64,000 nucleotides of DNA from IMG/VR virus record IMGVR_UViG_3300043344_000002, positions 1 through 64,000 of that record; one strand, given 5' to 3'. Below, piece by piece: positions 18,522 to 27,599 of this stretch. The notes beneath the pieces were generated by a model. That model saw only the letters and a program-made list of their open reading frames with translations, had not been told where the DNA came from and searched no databases. This DNA is from a virus (taxonomy: Duplodnaviria > Caudoviricetes). A program made the position numbers and the translations under genes. The stretch's first letter is position 1; each line of letters opens with the position of its first letter.

Positions 18522-18935
18522 TCAGCTCTCGGCCGCGACGTCTTCGTCGGCCGGCTCTTCAGCGGTCTTCGCGGCCTTCGGCGCGGGCTCGGGGAGAACG
18601 GTGCCCGGGAGCGCCCAGGTCTTGCCGTTCAGCTTGGCGACCTTGCCGGCGTTCCGCAGACGCCACAGCGAGAGGTACACCAGGTTGCCGGCGATCTCCA
18701 GCTCGGTGGCGATCTGGTCGCGCGTCTTCGGTCCCGCAGCCACTGCAGCGAGCACCTTCTCGTCACGATCGACGGCGCCGGGATCACGCGGACGACCCTT
18801 CGCGGTGGCTTCCTCCGACGCCTCAGCAGTTTCGCCCGTCTCGGCAGCCTCAGCTTCTGGGGCCTCAGGAGCCTCGGGCGCACCAGTGAAGTCCATCGCG
18901 GTCTCTTCAGTCAGTTCTTCAGTGCTCATCTTCAT
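18522..18935 (-). CDS. winged-HTH protein with acidic tails
   Basis: KGRPR plus GPKTRDQIATELEI..NLVYLSLWRLR..GKV. Confidence 0.65.
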   Translation of the reverse strand: MKMSTEELTEETAMDFTGAPEAPEAPEAEAAETGETAEASEEATAKGRPRDPGAVDRDEKVLAAVAAGPKTRDQIATELEIAGNLVYLSLWRLRNAGKVAKLNGKTWALPGTVLPEPAPKAAKTAEEPADEDVAAES

Positions 18936-18956
18936 CCTTCGTTCGGTGGCTGTGGT

Positions 18957-20213
18957 TCAGCCTTGCTTGTGACCTACCCGAACAGTATCAGGTCGGCGTA
19001 CTGGTTGTACACTGGTGGGGCGGTGAACTTCTTTCTTGATCAGCCACTCACGGTCGCCAACGAGCTCACCTCTCACTGGACCTCGTTCACCGTCCAGTGT
19101 GTTCTTTGCTTGCTCACCGATCCACTTTCCACACTGCGAAGATATACCTTTTCCCCAGGTCGCCTTCAGTGTTGCGTTATGACGAAGAGGGTAGATGTTC
19201 CAGTCATCGGGAAAACCCATGATGCGAGCAACTTCACGGTGAGAGACGAACCGAGGTTGCGTGGGGTGGAGCACAAGGTCCAGTGCACCACCCGTGATAA
19301 CACGTGCCGACCGGGAATTGTCCCACCTCGTCACTGAGATGTACCCCATGTGGAAGTTGGTGCGAACCAGCTTCTCCACCATGTAATCCCACGATGGAGG
19401 GAGCTTGTTGTACTTGCTATAGAAGTACTGAGCGAACCTGCCGACGTGCCAACTCTGCGGCCAATCTTCACCGTGCTGTAGTCCCATGTGAAGAAGGTCG
19501 AGAGTCCGTCGATGCGCGACACCCGTCCGCGTTGTATGCCCGTCTACACTGCTGGTTCTCTCGCGAGGCTTCTCTGACCACCAGGAGGCCGGTTGCCGAT
19601 AAGGCTGCGGAAGCCAGGTCTGAGGGAGGTTCTCGATGTCACCGATGATATCAGGCAAGAGTGGCACCCGGATGTTCGACGGGTACTCGACACCGAACGG
19701 AAGCTGTGATGCCACCCAAAAGTACCGTTTACGAACTGCCGCGCCACCTAGCTCCAGTGCGTCGTGCATGACGTGATAGAGACCGTACCTCAACCCACTC
19801 TTCGCCTCAAGATTCGCGCGAAGCTCCTGCATGAGGATACGACCCTTGGAGTACGCCGGACGCACCGACTCCATAATGACGATTTGTGGCTTCATGCGCG
19901 CCGCGTAGTTGGAGAGCGCCCACATGCACTCGCTGACCTTGGCGTCAACACCACGATGATTCTTGTCGGTCATTACCGAGAACGCACTGCAGGGCGGGTT
20001 GGAAGCCAGCACTTCGGCGTCTTTCACGATCCACGTGTTTGGGTCACCGACCTGATACGTCCAGTCTGGACCCAGGACACCACGATTCGCGAGGCAGTTC
20101 GGCATTCCGAATCCTCCGCGTTGCTCCACTTTATGCACAAGTTCGAAGCCCGCCTCCACCATGCCGACGTCGAAGCCGCCAGCGAAGGTTTGTGATGCGA
20201 CGAACTTGTACAC
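18957..20213 (-). CDS. C5-cytosine DNA methyltransferase-like protein
   Basis: FAGGF, NPPCS.FS, ESV, R.RYF and REVARIMGFPD motifs. Confidence 0.8.
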   Translation of the reverse strand: MYKFVASQTFAGGFDVGMVEAGFELVHKVEQRGGFGMPNCLANRGVLGPDWTYQVGDPNTWIVKDAEVLASNPPCSAFSVMTDKNHRGVDAKVSECMWALSNYAARMKPQIVIMESVRPAYSKGRILMQELRANLEAKSGLRYGLYHVMHDALELGGAAVRKRYFWVASQLPFGVEYPSNIRVPLLPDIIGDIENLPQTWLPQPYRQPASWWSEKPRERTSSVDGHTTRTGVAHRRTLDLLHMGLQHGEDWPQSWHVGRFAQYFYSKYNKLPPSWDYMVEKLVRTNFHMGYISVTRWDNSRSARVITGGALDLVLHPTQPRFVSHREVARIMGFPDDWNIYPLRHNATLKATWGKGISSQCGKWIGEQAKNTLDGERGPVRGELVGDREWLIKKEVHRPTSVQPVRRPDTVRVGHKQG

Positions 20214-20215
20214 TC

Positions 20216-20812
20216 TTACTCCCTAGGACGAGGCGTATGACGCCTATTGCAGCGCGGTGTGCCATCAGCATCGGTGTAACATCCCGCGGTGTCGGCATAA
20301 TCGCACGAGCAATATGGACACGTCTCTTCTTTATTAACGATGAACATGTCTGTCTCACCGCAGTAAGCTGCGCCACCATTTACACGTGGCTTAGCAGGTG
20401 TGCAATTGATGTCGTCGTCGTAAGCACGCTTGCAGCCCGGACACTTCGTCGACACACCGTCGTAGGTGCCACTCGACATGCGGTCACGATTGACCTGCTG
20501 CTTGGCCTGGTAGGCAGCGACCCACTCCTCGTCGGTAACACCGATGGCAGCGAGAATGTTGGCCAAAAAGTGGCCAACGTCGACCGCTTCCTTCAACGCG
20601 AGTTCACGGTTGACCCAACCACGGTTCTTCGTCCAGATCTTCCACCCGAACTCACTTAGGAGTTCGCCAGCCTCCAGGACCAGTGCAGAGTGGTTCCACG
20701 TCACATAATCAGCGAGTGCATCGCCTTCAGGAAGCGGGAGTTTAAAGCCGAATGACTTTTCCTGGAGTTTCTTAGTGGACTCAAGCCACTTCCACACGTT
20801 GGGATCAGCCAC
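20216..20812 (-). CDS. dimeric dUTPase/MazG-like NTP pyrophosphatase with Cys-rich tail
   Basis: EAGELL..FGWK.W, KEAVDVGHF and K...N..R motifs; start moved to GTG 20812. Confidence 0.8.
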   Translation of the reverse strand: MADPNVWKWLESTKKLQEKSFGFKLPLPEGDALADYVTWNHSALVLEAGELLSEFGWKIWTKNRGWVNRELALKEAVDVGHFLANILAAIGVTDEEWVAAYQAKQQVNRDRMSSGTYDGVSTKCPGCKRAYDDDINCTPAKPRVNGGAAYCGETDMFIVNKEETCPYCSCDYADTAGCYTDADGTPRCNRRHTPRPRE

Positions 20813-21083
20813 CGTGCACCTCACCTGACGTAGCTGGCTCATCGTGAAACGAGAAGGGATCACGTGGGGAGGCAACGGCACGCACCAGGAGCATGTAGCC
20901 CATCCTGAAGTGCTCGCGTGCTTCACGCGTCAAGTCGTAATCGGTGTCGATGTTGTCATGCTCGACGATGGCTTTCCAGAGCGCAGCAAGGTTTTCCTCG
21001 TGTGCTTTGATGGTGTTGATGGTATCACGCTGCGTGTCATTCATCTCGTTATAACCGTGAAGCTTTCCGTCATCTGTTGACAT
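20805..21083 (-). CDS. Acb2/Vs.4-like cyclic-nucleotide sponge
   Basis: K..GY......D.IN.IK and G.M.LVRAVA.P..F match my recollection of the Acb2 pattern. Confidence 0.65.
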   Translation of the reverse strand: MSTDDGKLHGYNEMNDTQRDTINTIKAHEENLAALWKAIVEHDNIDTDYDLTREAREHFRMGYMLLVRAVASPRDPFSFHDEPATSGEVHGG

Positions 21084-21664
21084 TAGCTCTTCTCCTTGTA
21101 CTTCTCGTAAAGCATGCCACTTGGGTGGTACGACCCAAGCTGCTCTGCCGTCAACACATCTGCAGTGCTACAAACGAGTGCGTTGATAATCGCCAACTGG
21201 ACTGCCACCGATACCGTGGGAATTGTCCCATGCTTGGAGCCATCTTCATCAATTCGGTATGCTAGTGCGATTTTACACCGCTCGGCTAGTTCACTTTGGT
21301 GGTTGCCCGTTACCGTTGCAGTAATCACTTTATCACCGGCGTGCTGCTCGATGATGTTCCGCGCATCAAGAACTTCATACGTCTCGCCTGAGTGACTAAT
21401 GAAAATGACGACATTGTGCTCGATCTTCGAGATCATCCCAAGACCACCATGGAGCAAGTCTGTGGTGTGGATTGCGGACGCGCGGTATCCTACCGACTGC
21501 AAGAGCGACGCGCCCAGCTGCGCTACCCCAAACGACTTACCAACACCGGTTAGTGTCACAACTCCGGTGAGTTCAATGAATTCACGAAGTTGCTTGATGA
21601 CTTGGTGGTCCAGATTGCGCTCGAGTCGCTCGAGTGCGTAGATTGTTTTGCTGATGACGTCCAC
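21083..21664 (-). CDS. SIS-domain sugar-phosphate isomerase (KdsD/GutQ arabinose-5-P isomerase-like)
   Basis: TGVGKS, HG.LG.I, ISHSGET.E, PT.S and HP.G.L motifs. Confidence 0.85.
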   Translation of the reverse strand: MDVISKTIYALERLERNLDHQVIKQLREFIELTGVVTLTGVGKSFGVAQLGASLLQSVGYRASAIHTTDLLHGGLGMISKIEHNVVIFISHSGETYEVLDARNIIEQHAGDKVITATVTGNHQSELAERCKIALAYRIDEDGSKHGTIPTVSVAVQLAIINALVCSTADVLTAEQLGSYHPSGMLYEKYKEKS

Positions 21665-23172
21665 TATCCCACGATCTCCTTAATCAGTTGAACACCGCGG
21701 ATGATCATAGCTTCGCGCTCGAAGTAGCTATGGAGTGGTGCACCAGCAAGAAGTAGGCAACCCTCGGCGACCTGCAATTGGTCGAGTGAGATGTACCCGT
21801 CAAGGAACGAATCCATTGCTGCGGTTTCCTTAGTGCGGTCAGGCAGCAGCGCACCAGTTTCATAATCAAAAAGTCCGTGCGTGATTGCCGAGAACCCGGC
21901 GTGATATGAATATCGCAGTTTTGCCAACTCATAAATGAGTGGCATCGTTGCATTGCCACGCGGGTCGATAAGCTTGAACGTGCCTGTGTTGATCGAGTAG
22001 AGGATGTTGTTGAAGTTCAAGTCCCCGTGCGCGCGCACCATCGACGAGGTCCCAAACACTTCGCTCGCACGCTCGAGGAGATCAAAATGCTGAGCTGCGA
22101 GTCCGTGTTCAAACTTGGTGAGTCGCTCGAGTGCCTTACCAGTAAACCACGTCGCTACACTCGCGCGATCCGCAACCTCTGGTCGTGACTTGCCCGACCA
22201 CCAGAGATCAAGTTCGAGTCGGTCCACAACTGACTGAAGAATCTGTGCCCATGTGTCAGGTCGACCAGGCCAGTAGAGCCACAACTCGGAGAGCGTGGGT
22301 AGATCGATGTACTCCATTTCATAGCCATCATCAATGACGTTGTAGATGCGAGGTACGAGATTCGCTGACTTTGCTGGCTTCGTCGACTGCTCAAGCAGCC
22401 AACTTCGCTGCGCAAAGAATTGCTCGCTGGTGCCCTTCTTCGTAAGAATTCCGGCGTTGTCCAGTGAGAGAGTGTGCTCAGACCGCGCGATGAATCGAGT
22501 TCGGCGTGCAGTTGCGAGAGCGTGCACATCACCGATGTCAAGCCAAGTCGAAAACTCGATCGTCTTGGCGGCAGTGAAACACGAGAGTAGCGGTCCCATG
22601 CCAACTTCGTTCTCGTCGTTGGCAGTGGCTGACGCCACTACAAGACTAGCTTCGCTCATCAACTCAACGGTGTCAACGAAGTGGTACGCACCGATGGTGA
22701 CAAAATCTGCCATGTGTACTTGCTTGTCGACGTACGTGCCATCATTTTTACGCACACAGAATGAACGATGGCCAACTGGAGTTCGAGCCTCGCCAATCCA
22801 CGTTCCCGAGTACTGTGCGAGCTTCTCTTCGATGAATGTGTCACTCATCAAGATGTACGTATCATGCATGTGACGCTCAACGCCAAGTGCGTGTAGGCCT
22901 ACGAGAATCGCGTCCACCGGACCACGTGAAACGTTCTGTGATACGACCTTGATGTTGTAATGCCCGGCACGCTCGAGTGCCATCTGGACCTGGATGTGCG
23001 TGGCCGGATTCGCTACAACGACAATGCGCATGCAACCCGCGGCACGAAGCAACTCGATTTGGTGAAAGACATGAGGTCGCTGACCGATGGACACCAAAGC
23101 CTTGCTAATCTGCGTTGATAGTGGCCCAAGACGTGATGCCTTACCACCCGCGAGAATGATTCCGTTACTCAC
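21664..23172 (-). CDS. sugar nucleotidyltransferase fused to an APH/choline-kinase-like domain
   Basis: ILAGG.ASRLGP.....SKAL and WLDIG, then HGDLNFNNI and LIDPRG. Confidence 0.85.
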   Translation of the reverse strand: MSNGIILAGGKASRLGPLSTQISKALVSIGQRPHVFHQIELLRAAGCMRIVVVANPATHIQVQMALERAGHYNIKVVSQNVSRGPVDAILVGLHALGVERHMHDTYILMSDTFIEEKLAQYSGTWIGEARTPVGHRSFCVRKNDGTYVDKQVHMADFVTIGAYHFVDTVELMSEASLVVASATANDENEVGMGPLLSCFTAAKTIEFSTWLDIGDVHALATARRTRFIARSEHTLSLDNAGILTKKGTSEQFFAQRSWLLEQSTKPAKSANLVPRIYNVIDDGYEMEYIDLPTLSELWLYWPGRPDTWAQILQSVVDRLELDLWWSGKSRPEVADRASVATWFTGKALERLTKFEHGLAAQHFDLLERASEVFGTSSMVRAHGDLNFNNILYSINTGTFKLIDPRGNATMPLIYELAKLRYSYHAGFSAITHGLFDYETGALLPDRTKETAAMDSFLDGYISLDQLQVAEGCLLLAGAPLHSYFEREAMIIRGVQLIKEIVG

Positions 23173-24473
23173 AGTCCGAGCCGCCTCTCGATGATGGTGA
23201 CGCAGCGTTGACGCTCGAGTTCACGCTTGAAGTGTTCGTACTGGACCCTGGCCAACCACTCATACGTAGAGCGTGATGTAGTGACTGCCTTCACCTTACG
23301 AGCAAGATCGGATGGATCTTTAATCCGAAGCCACTTATGTAGTGCTCGCATTTCGTCTGTCGGTACGTCTCCCATGGGAAACAAAATGTGATCTTGCGTG
23401 TCGTATGCCGGGTGCATGAAGCAGATGATACCCGTGGCAAACGATTCCCAGGGCTTAGCCGTTGCCCAACCAGATCCAGAGGAAGGCGTTGTGAAGGTGC
23501 ACTTGGTCGTCTGCATGAGGTTAAAGATTTGGTTGTACGGGATTGGCTTGATATCCGTGTTCAGCTTGGTCAGTGAGTCTTTCGACCAGGTCCCGTGTAC
23601 CCAGGAAGGGCCGAGGGGTCGGACGTAGTGCTCCATGGCATGGAGTCGAGTGAACTCTGGACGCATGCCATAGTTGCGCGCCTCGTTGATGAGGATTCCG
23701 AAATCGTGATCTCGATCTTCCCATCCCGCGGGTTCTTTTTCACCGAAGCTACGAGGAATCCCGACGAGCTCGAGGCCGGATCCCATGTAAGTATCAGTCG
23801 TTCGCCAGCGCTCTCCGGTTGCATCGGGGCGGGCATGAAGCATGTTGAATCCGTGCTCTTGCGGGGTTCGGGTATCCCCATATCGCTCGTTCCACTCATC
23901 ACGTGTCCAGTCGAATTGGCTTAGGATGGGATGACGGCGTGGCCACATGAGATCACGCGATTTTAGATAATTGCGTGCATCTGCGAGAAGCCAGATTTCT
24001 TCACGCTTTAGAGGATCTACAGCGCGCCAGCGATTAATGCCACGAGCGATGAACGACGCGTACCTGACAAATGCCGCCTGTGGATTCGTGACAACGTTGC
24101 GGTTGTCCACCCTGGGAATTGGCGAGTTGCTTGTGCCGTGCTGCCCAAGCCAACACACCATACCGTCAAGTGAATCGAACGCTGGGCCGGTGATGCGATC
24201 GAGTTGATCAACACAATCTTGCATCGATGCCTTCGCATGGGAGCGTGTTTCAGTTCGCCATTCCTGCCACGGATTCGTGATGTTAGGCATATGCGGTGCC
24301 CAACCGGAGTTCTTGCCGACGACGACCCATTCGATGTCGGGGTTGCGCGTGGCTAGCTGCTCAAGTAGATACGGAGCCTCATTGTCACCACCGCACTCTC
24401 CCCACTTCTTCGGGTCGATCTCGATGACCCGGCCTAGCTTTCCATACCCAATGCGCTTACGAAACGTGGGCAT
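23169..24473 (-). CDS. putative DNA glycosyltransferase (GT-B-like)
   Basis: GGDNEA, D.RNY, FGILINE, G.W and GWATAKPWE....G.ICF.HP.YD.Q motifs; heads the sugar operon. Confidence 0.6.
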   Translation of the reverse strand: MPTFRKRIGYGKLGRVIEIDPKKWGECGGDNEAPYLLEQLATRNPDIEWVVVGKNSGWAPHMPNITNPWQEWRTETRSHAKASMQDCVDQLDRITGPAFDSLDGMVCWLGQHGTSNSPIPRVDNRNVVTNPQAAFVRYASFIARGINRWRAVDPLKREEIWLLADARNYLKSRDLMWPRRHPILSQFDWTRDEWNERYGDTRTPQEHGFNMLHARPDATGERWRTTDTYMGSGLELVGIPRSFGEKEPAGWEDRDHDFGILINEARNYGMRPEFTRLHAMEHYVRPLGPSWVHGTWSKDSLTKLNTDIKPIPYNQIFNLMQTTKCTFTTPSSGSGWATAKPWESFATGIICFMHPAYDTQDHILFPMGDVPTDEMRALHKWLRIKDPSDLARKVKAVTTSRSTYEWLARVQYEHFKRELERQRCVTIIERRLGL

Positions 24474-24634
24474 AACGATCGTCCTTTCCGAATGATCTGT
24501 TGATTCCTCAACGATAACTGAGGCTCGGTGTCTTGTGGCTACTCACACCGACTTACGTCCCATCAAGTAGTCTCACCAATGCCTGGGGGCAAACGTTGGG
24601 AATTGACGGAAAGGGAACCTCGTCGTTGATCGTA

Positions 24635-25333
24635 CTAGATGGGCAGCTCGGGCGGAGGCGGCGAGCTATCCGCGGGTGCGGAGACCTCCTCAGCGGGCGG
24701 TGCAACCGGCTCCGGGGTTGCTACCGGTGTAGCTGCCGGAGGTGCCACTGGGGCAGGCTGGGGAACCGGAGCAGGCGGCTGAACGGGAGCAGGCGGCTGA
24801 ACGGGGGCGGGCGCAGGTGCCGGAGCGGGGGCCGGAGTAGGTGCAGCGACGGGAGGCACAACAGGGCCAGTAGGCGGAGCCACGAGCGGTCCCGCGTTCG
24901 GCTGCCCAGCGATGGGCGCACCGGTGTAGGGCTTCACGCCCTTCACTTCATTACGCATTTCACCGGCCCACTCGCGCTGTCCGAGGGTCAAGCGAGCGCG
25001 ACGACCAGCGAGAGCACCGGCGACAGGCTCGAGACTTCCGGCCGGGCCGAGCGCAGCGAAGAACTCGTCGGTGAGACCGAAGCACTTCATCTGGCGGAAG
25101 AAGATCGAGACGGCGACCGCGTTGTCCAAGGAGAGCACGAAGTTGTTGATGATCGGCCGGTTCATGTGCGGACCGGAGATGACCTTCATCTTCGCCTTGA
25201 GCATTGGCTTACCGTTACCCGACGTCACAGCATCACACGAAGTGATCTCGACGTCGTAGTCACCGTTGGGAAGAGGCTCGAAGCTGACTGTCTTCGCATC
25301 AGCAAGAGCCTTGCTGAAGTCAATCGTGGTCAT
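24635..25333 (-). CDS. DUF669-like ssDNA-binding protein with Pro/Ala-rich tail
   Basis: FEPLP.GDY.V.I, SG.GKPM and RNEVK motifs; PVQPPA repeats. Confidence 0.75.
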   Translation of the reverse strand: MTTIDFSKALADAKTVSFEPLPNGDYDVEITSCDAVTSGNGKPMLKAKMKVISGPHMNRPIINNFVLSLDNAVAVSIFFRQMKCFGLTDEFFAALGPAGSLEPVAGALAGRRARLTLGQREWAGEMRNEVKGVKPYTGAPIAGQPNAGPLVAPPTGPVVPPVAAPTPAPAPAPAPAPVQPPAPVQPPAPVPQPAPVAPPAATPVATPEPVAPPAEEVSAPADSSPPPPELPI

Positions 25334-26196
25334 ACGATAAGCTCCTTAGTTGCGACGGGTGCCACTGTATCAACCGCTGGTTGCACGTCGAATACGATGT
25401 TCATCCAGTTTGTGATGTCATTTCCGACCCAGTGGCCATCCGTCTTGATGATGGTTTGACAGTTGCCCAGTCGCCCCTGGACCCGCTCGCCACACGAGTA
25501 CTGTGGGTGAGGCCCGATCCAGAGGCGACGCACTTCTTTAGTTGGCTGCCCGTTTGCGTCGAGTTCCCAGTCTGGGTACAAATAGCCCGCTATATCAACC
25601 CAGTACGGGAGCGACACAGAAATCTGCCCCTGCATGTACGGCTCCCACTTGCCTGAGCCGTTATTCTGCCTCGTCTCAGCGATGAACATCACGCACCGAG
25701 TGTTGAGGGTAGGGATAAGTGCGAGATCACGGAAGCCACGAATGACTGTGTCCATCTGCATCAGCAGTGCACCCCAGTCCTGCATCTTCATTTGCTCGCT
25801 GCCGACCAACTGTGTCTTACAACGACGCTGAATCTCGGTAATGGAGTCGATCACCACCGAGACAAAAGGTGTGATGTACTGGGTGAGCCAGTTATACACA
25901 AGCTGCACCGTGCCCCAATCACGCACGTTGACGATGCACGCTTCCCACGTGCCGTCATAGATGGGCGGACCACCAGGCGTAGTGGGGTCCCAGAAAACTT
26001 TCTTCACTGGAATGAAACGCCAGCTGCCCTCGGCGTCAAGAACGAGCACTGGCTTCGGCGCAGTGGAAGACAGGGTCGACTTACCCATCTTCGAGGGACC
26101 GTGAATCAACAACGAGAGACGTTGATTCGTGTCATACATCATGGGAGGATCGATGGCGACAGGCGTCACCGGAGTGTTGAGAACCGAGTCGGTCAC
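25330..26196 (-). CDS. AAA ATPase (Sak4/AAA_24-like)
   Basis: Walker A GPSKMGKS; LDAEG; VVIDSITE. Confidence 0.85.
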   Translation of the reverse strand: MTDSVLNTPVTPVAIDPPMMYDTNQRLSLLIHGPSKMGKSTLSSTAPKPVLVLDAEGSWRFIPVKKVFWDPTTPGGPPIYDGTWEACIVNVRDWGTVQLVYNWLTQYITPFVSVVIDSITEIQRRCKTQLVGSEQMKMQDWGALLMQMDTVIRGFRDLALIPTLNTRCVMFIAETRQNNGSGKWEPYMQGQISVSLPYWVDIAGYLYPDWELDANGQPTKEVRRLWIGPHPQYSCGERVQGRLGNCQTIIKTDGHWVGNDITNWMNIVFDVQPAVDTVAPVATKELIV

Positions 26197-27587
26197 TGAG
26201 TGTCCCGGCCCTTCTTGTCGTAACGATCACGCGGGTCATTCTTCTTGTAAAGCGCGTCGAGCATGTCGTTTGTTCCACTCGATCCATCATCGAACATGTT
26301 GCAGATGGCCGAAAAATCACAAGACCAAGAACAATCGCCATTGGGCGTCGGGTACACAATATCGAGATGGTGTTGCCCGCGGTCCAGTGCATCAATCGTC
26401 TCGAGAACTTCACGTGTCGTCGCAAGCAAGCGACGTCGATAAGATTCGAGTTCGTATGGGTTATGCCTCACTTCGATGCGATCGTAGAACGGTGGCTTAG
26501 CTTTGGCACTTCGCTTCACGCGACGAAGCATGTTGTAGAGCGCGCCGTCACAACGCTCTTCACCCTCGACTGAGGACAACATTTCCAAGATATGATAGTG
26601 CAACATTTGCTCGTTTTGTGGGAGCGTGAGAACGGGTGCAGTAAGAGATCCCACCGTCTTATGGTCAATGAAGACCCTGATTCCGTCAGTGACACGATAC
26701 GCACGCGTGTCGAGAAGACCGATCAGTTGCACATCGCGCATCTCGTGGTGTTCGCGCATTGGGACGACGATGTCCACAACGAGTGGAGTCTCCGACGCGA
26801 TGATACGAAGATCTGAGTCGGCACCAGTTTCTTCAAGCCACTGGACGTATCCTTCCACCATTGCGCGCTCAAGATTGCAGCTCGCTGAAAACTCGGTGGC
26901 AAGTTCGGTGACACGTTCATCAGGTGCGTTACGCTCAATGGCAAGTCGCTGAATTGACGTCCAGTCCTCAACGATAACACGCTCAAGAGCATCACGCGGA
27001 TCAACGCGTTGTTCGCCTTCGGGTACGTACCACGCAGCTAGCGCACGGTGAATGCGCGTGCCAGTGGAGCGCACTCCGGTGTACGACTCGGTCTTCAACG
27101 TAAGTTCCCGGTACCAGCCGAGCCACCACTTACGCTTACACCGCTTGAACGTCTGCAACTCCGAGTTGGAGATGCGGTAGACACCCTCGGTAGGCGCTGG
27201 ATACGGGTCTACGGAGGGTAGAGCGTAGTGGTAGAGCTGCGCATCAGTCTCAGCCGGCAATACCTGCGCTAGGGTATCCTCGGTGTCATCAGGGAGGTCT
27301 AGGGAGGACAGCATGATAGGCCCGGCAGGTGGTGGCGTCGACTTAGGCAAAATCATTTTTGTCTGTGTCGTCGTCACTACGGGTCCGTTGACGACAATGT
27401 CATTGAGAGCGCGTGCTACTCTGTCACGATCGCCGGGCTTCCATGAGTCCTTTGTCTCAATGTTGTACAGGTGTGCCGTACTCTTGCCCACCAGTCCGGC
27501 GAGCACGCTAAACTTTGCGCGCGAGACCTTGTGCTGCGTGCGCACTTGAAGCACAAGCGCACCAGTGAGTTCATCCGCTGCATACAA
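26193..27587 (-). CDS. Cas4/RecB-like PD-(D/E)xK exonuclease with N-terminal HTH-like extension
   Basis: SNSE...FKRC.RKW, GT.IH, G..D, DHKT, Q...Y and CSWSC.F..IC motifs. Confidence 0.85.
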   Translation of the reverse strand: MYAADELTGALVLQVRTQHKVSRAKFSVLAGLVGKSTAHLYNIETKDSWKPGDRDRVARALNDIVVNGPVVTTTQTKMILPKSTPPPAGPIMLSSLDLPDDTEDTLAQVLPAETDAQLYHYALPSVDPYPAPTEGVYRISNSELQTFKRCKRKWWLGWYRELTLKTESYTGVRSTGTRIHRALAAWYVPEGEQRVDPRDALERVIVEDWTSIQRLAIERNAPDERVTELATEFSASCNLERAMVEGYVQWLEETGADSDLRIIASETPLVVDIVVPMREHHEMRDVQLIGLLDTRAYRVTDGIRVFIDHKTVGSLTAPVLTLPQNEQMLHYHILEMLSSVEGEERCDGALYNMLRRVKRSAKAKPPFYDRIEVRHNPYELESYRRRLLATTREVLETIDALDRGQHHLDIVYPTPNGDCSWSCDFSAICNMFDDGSSGTNDMLDALYKKNDPRDRYDKKGRDTQ

Positions 27588-27599
27588 GAGTGATGTCTC

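Noticed and set aside
26193-27587. Cas4 as part of a CRISPR system
   Set aside because: It sits in the usual exonuclease-AAA-SSB recombination module; no cas genes or array are present
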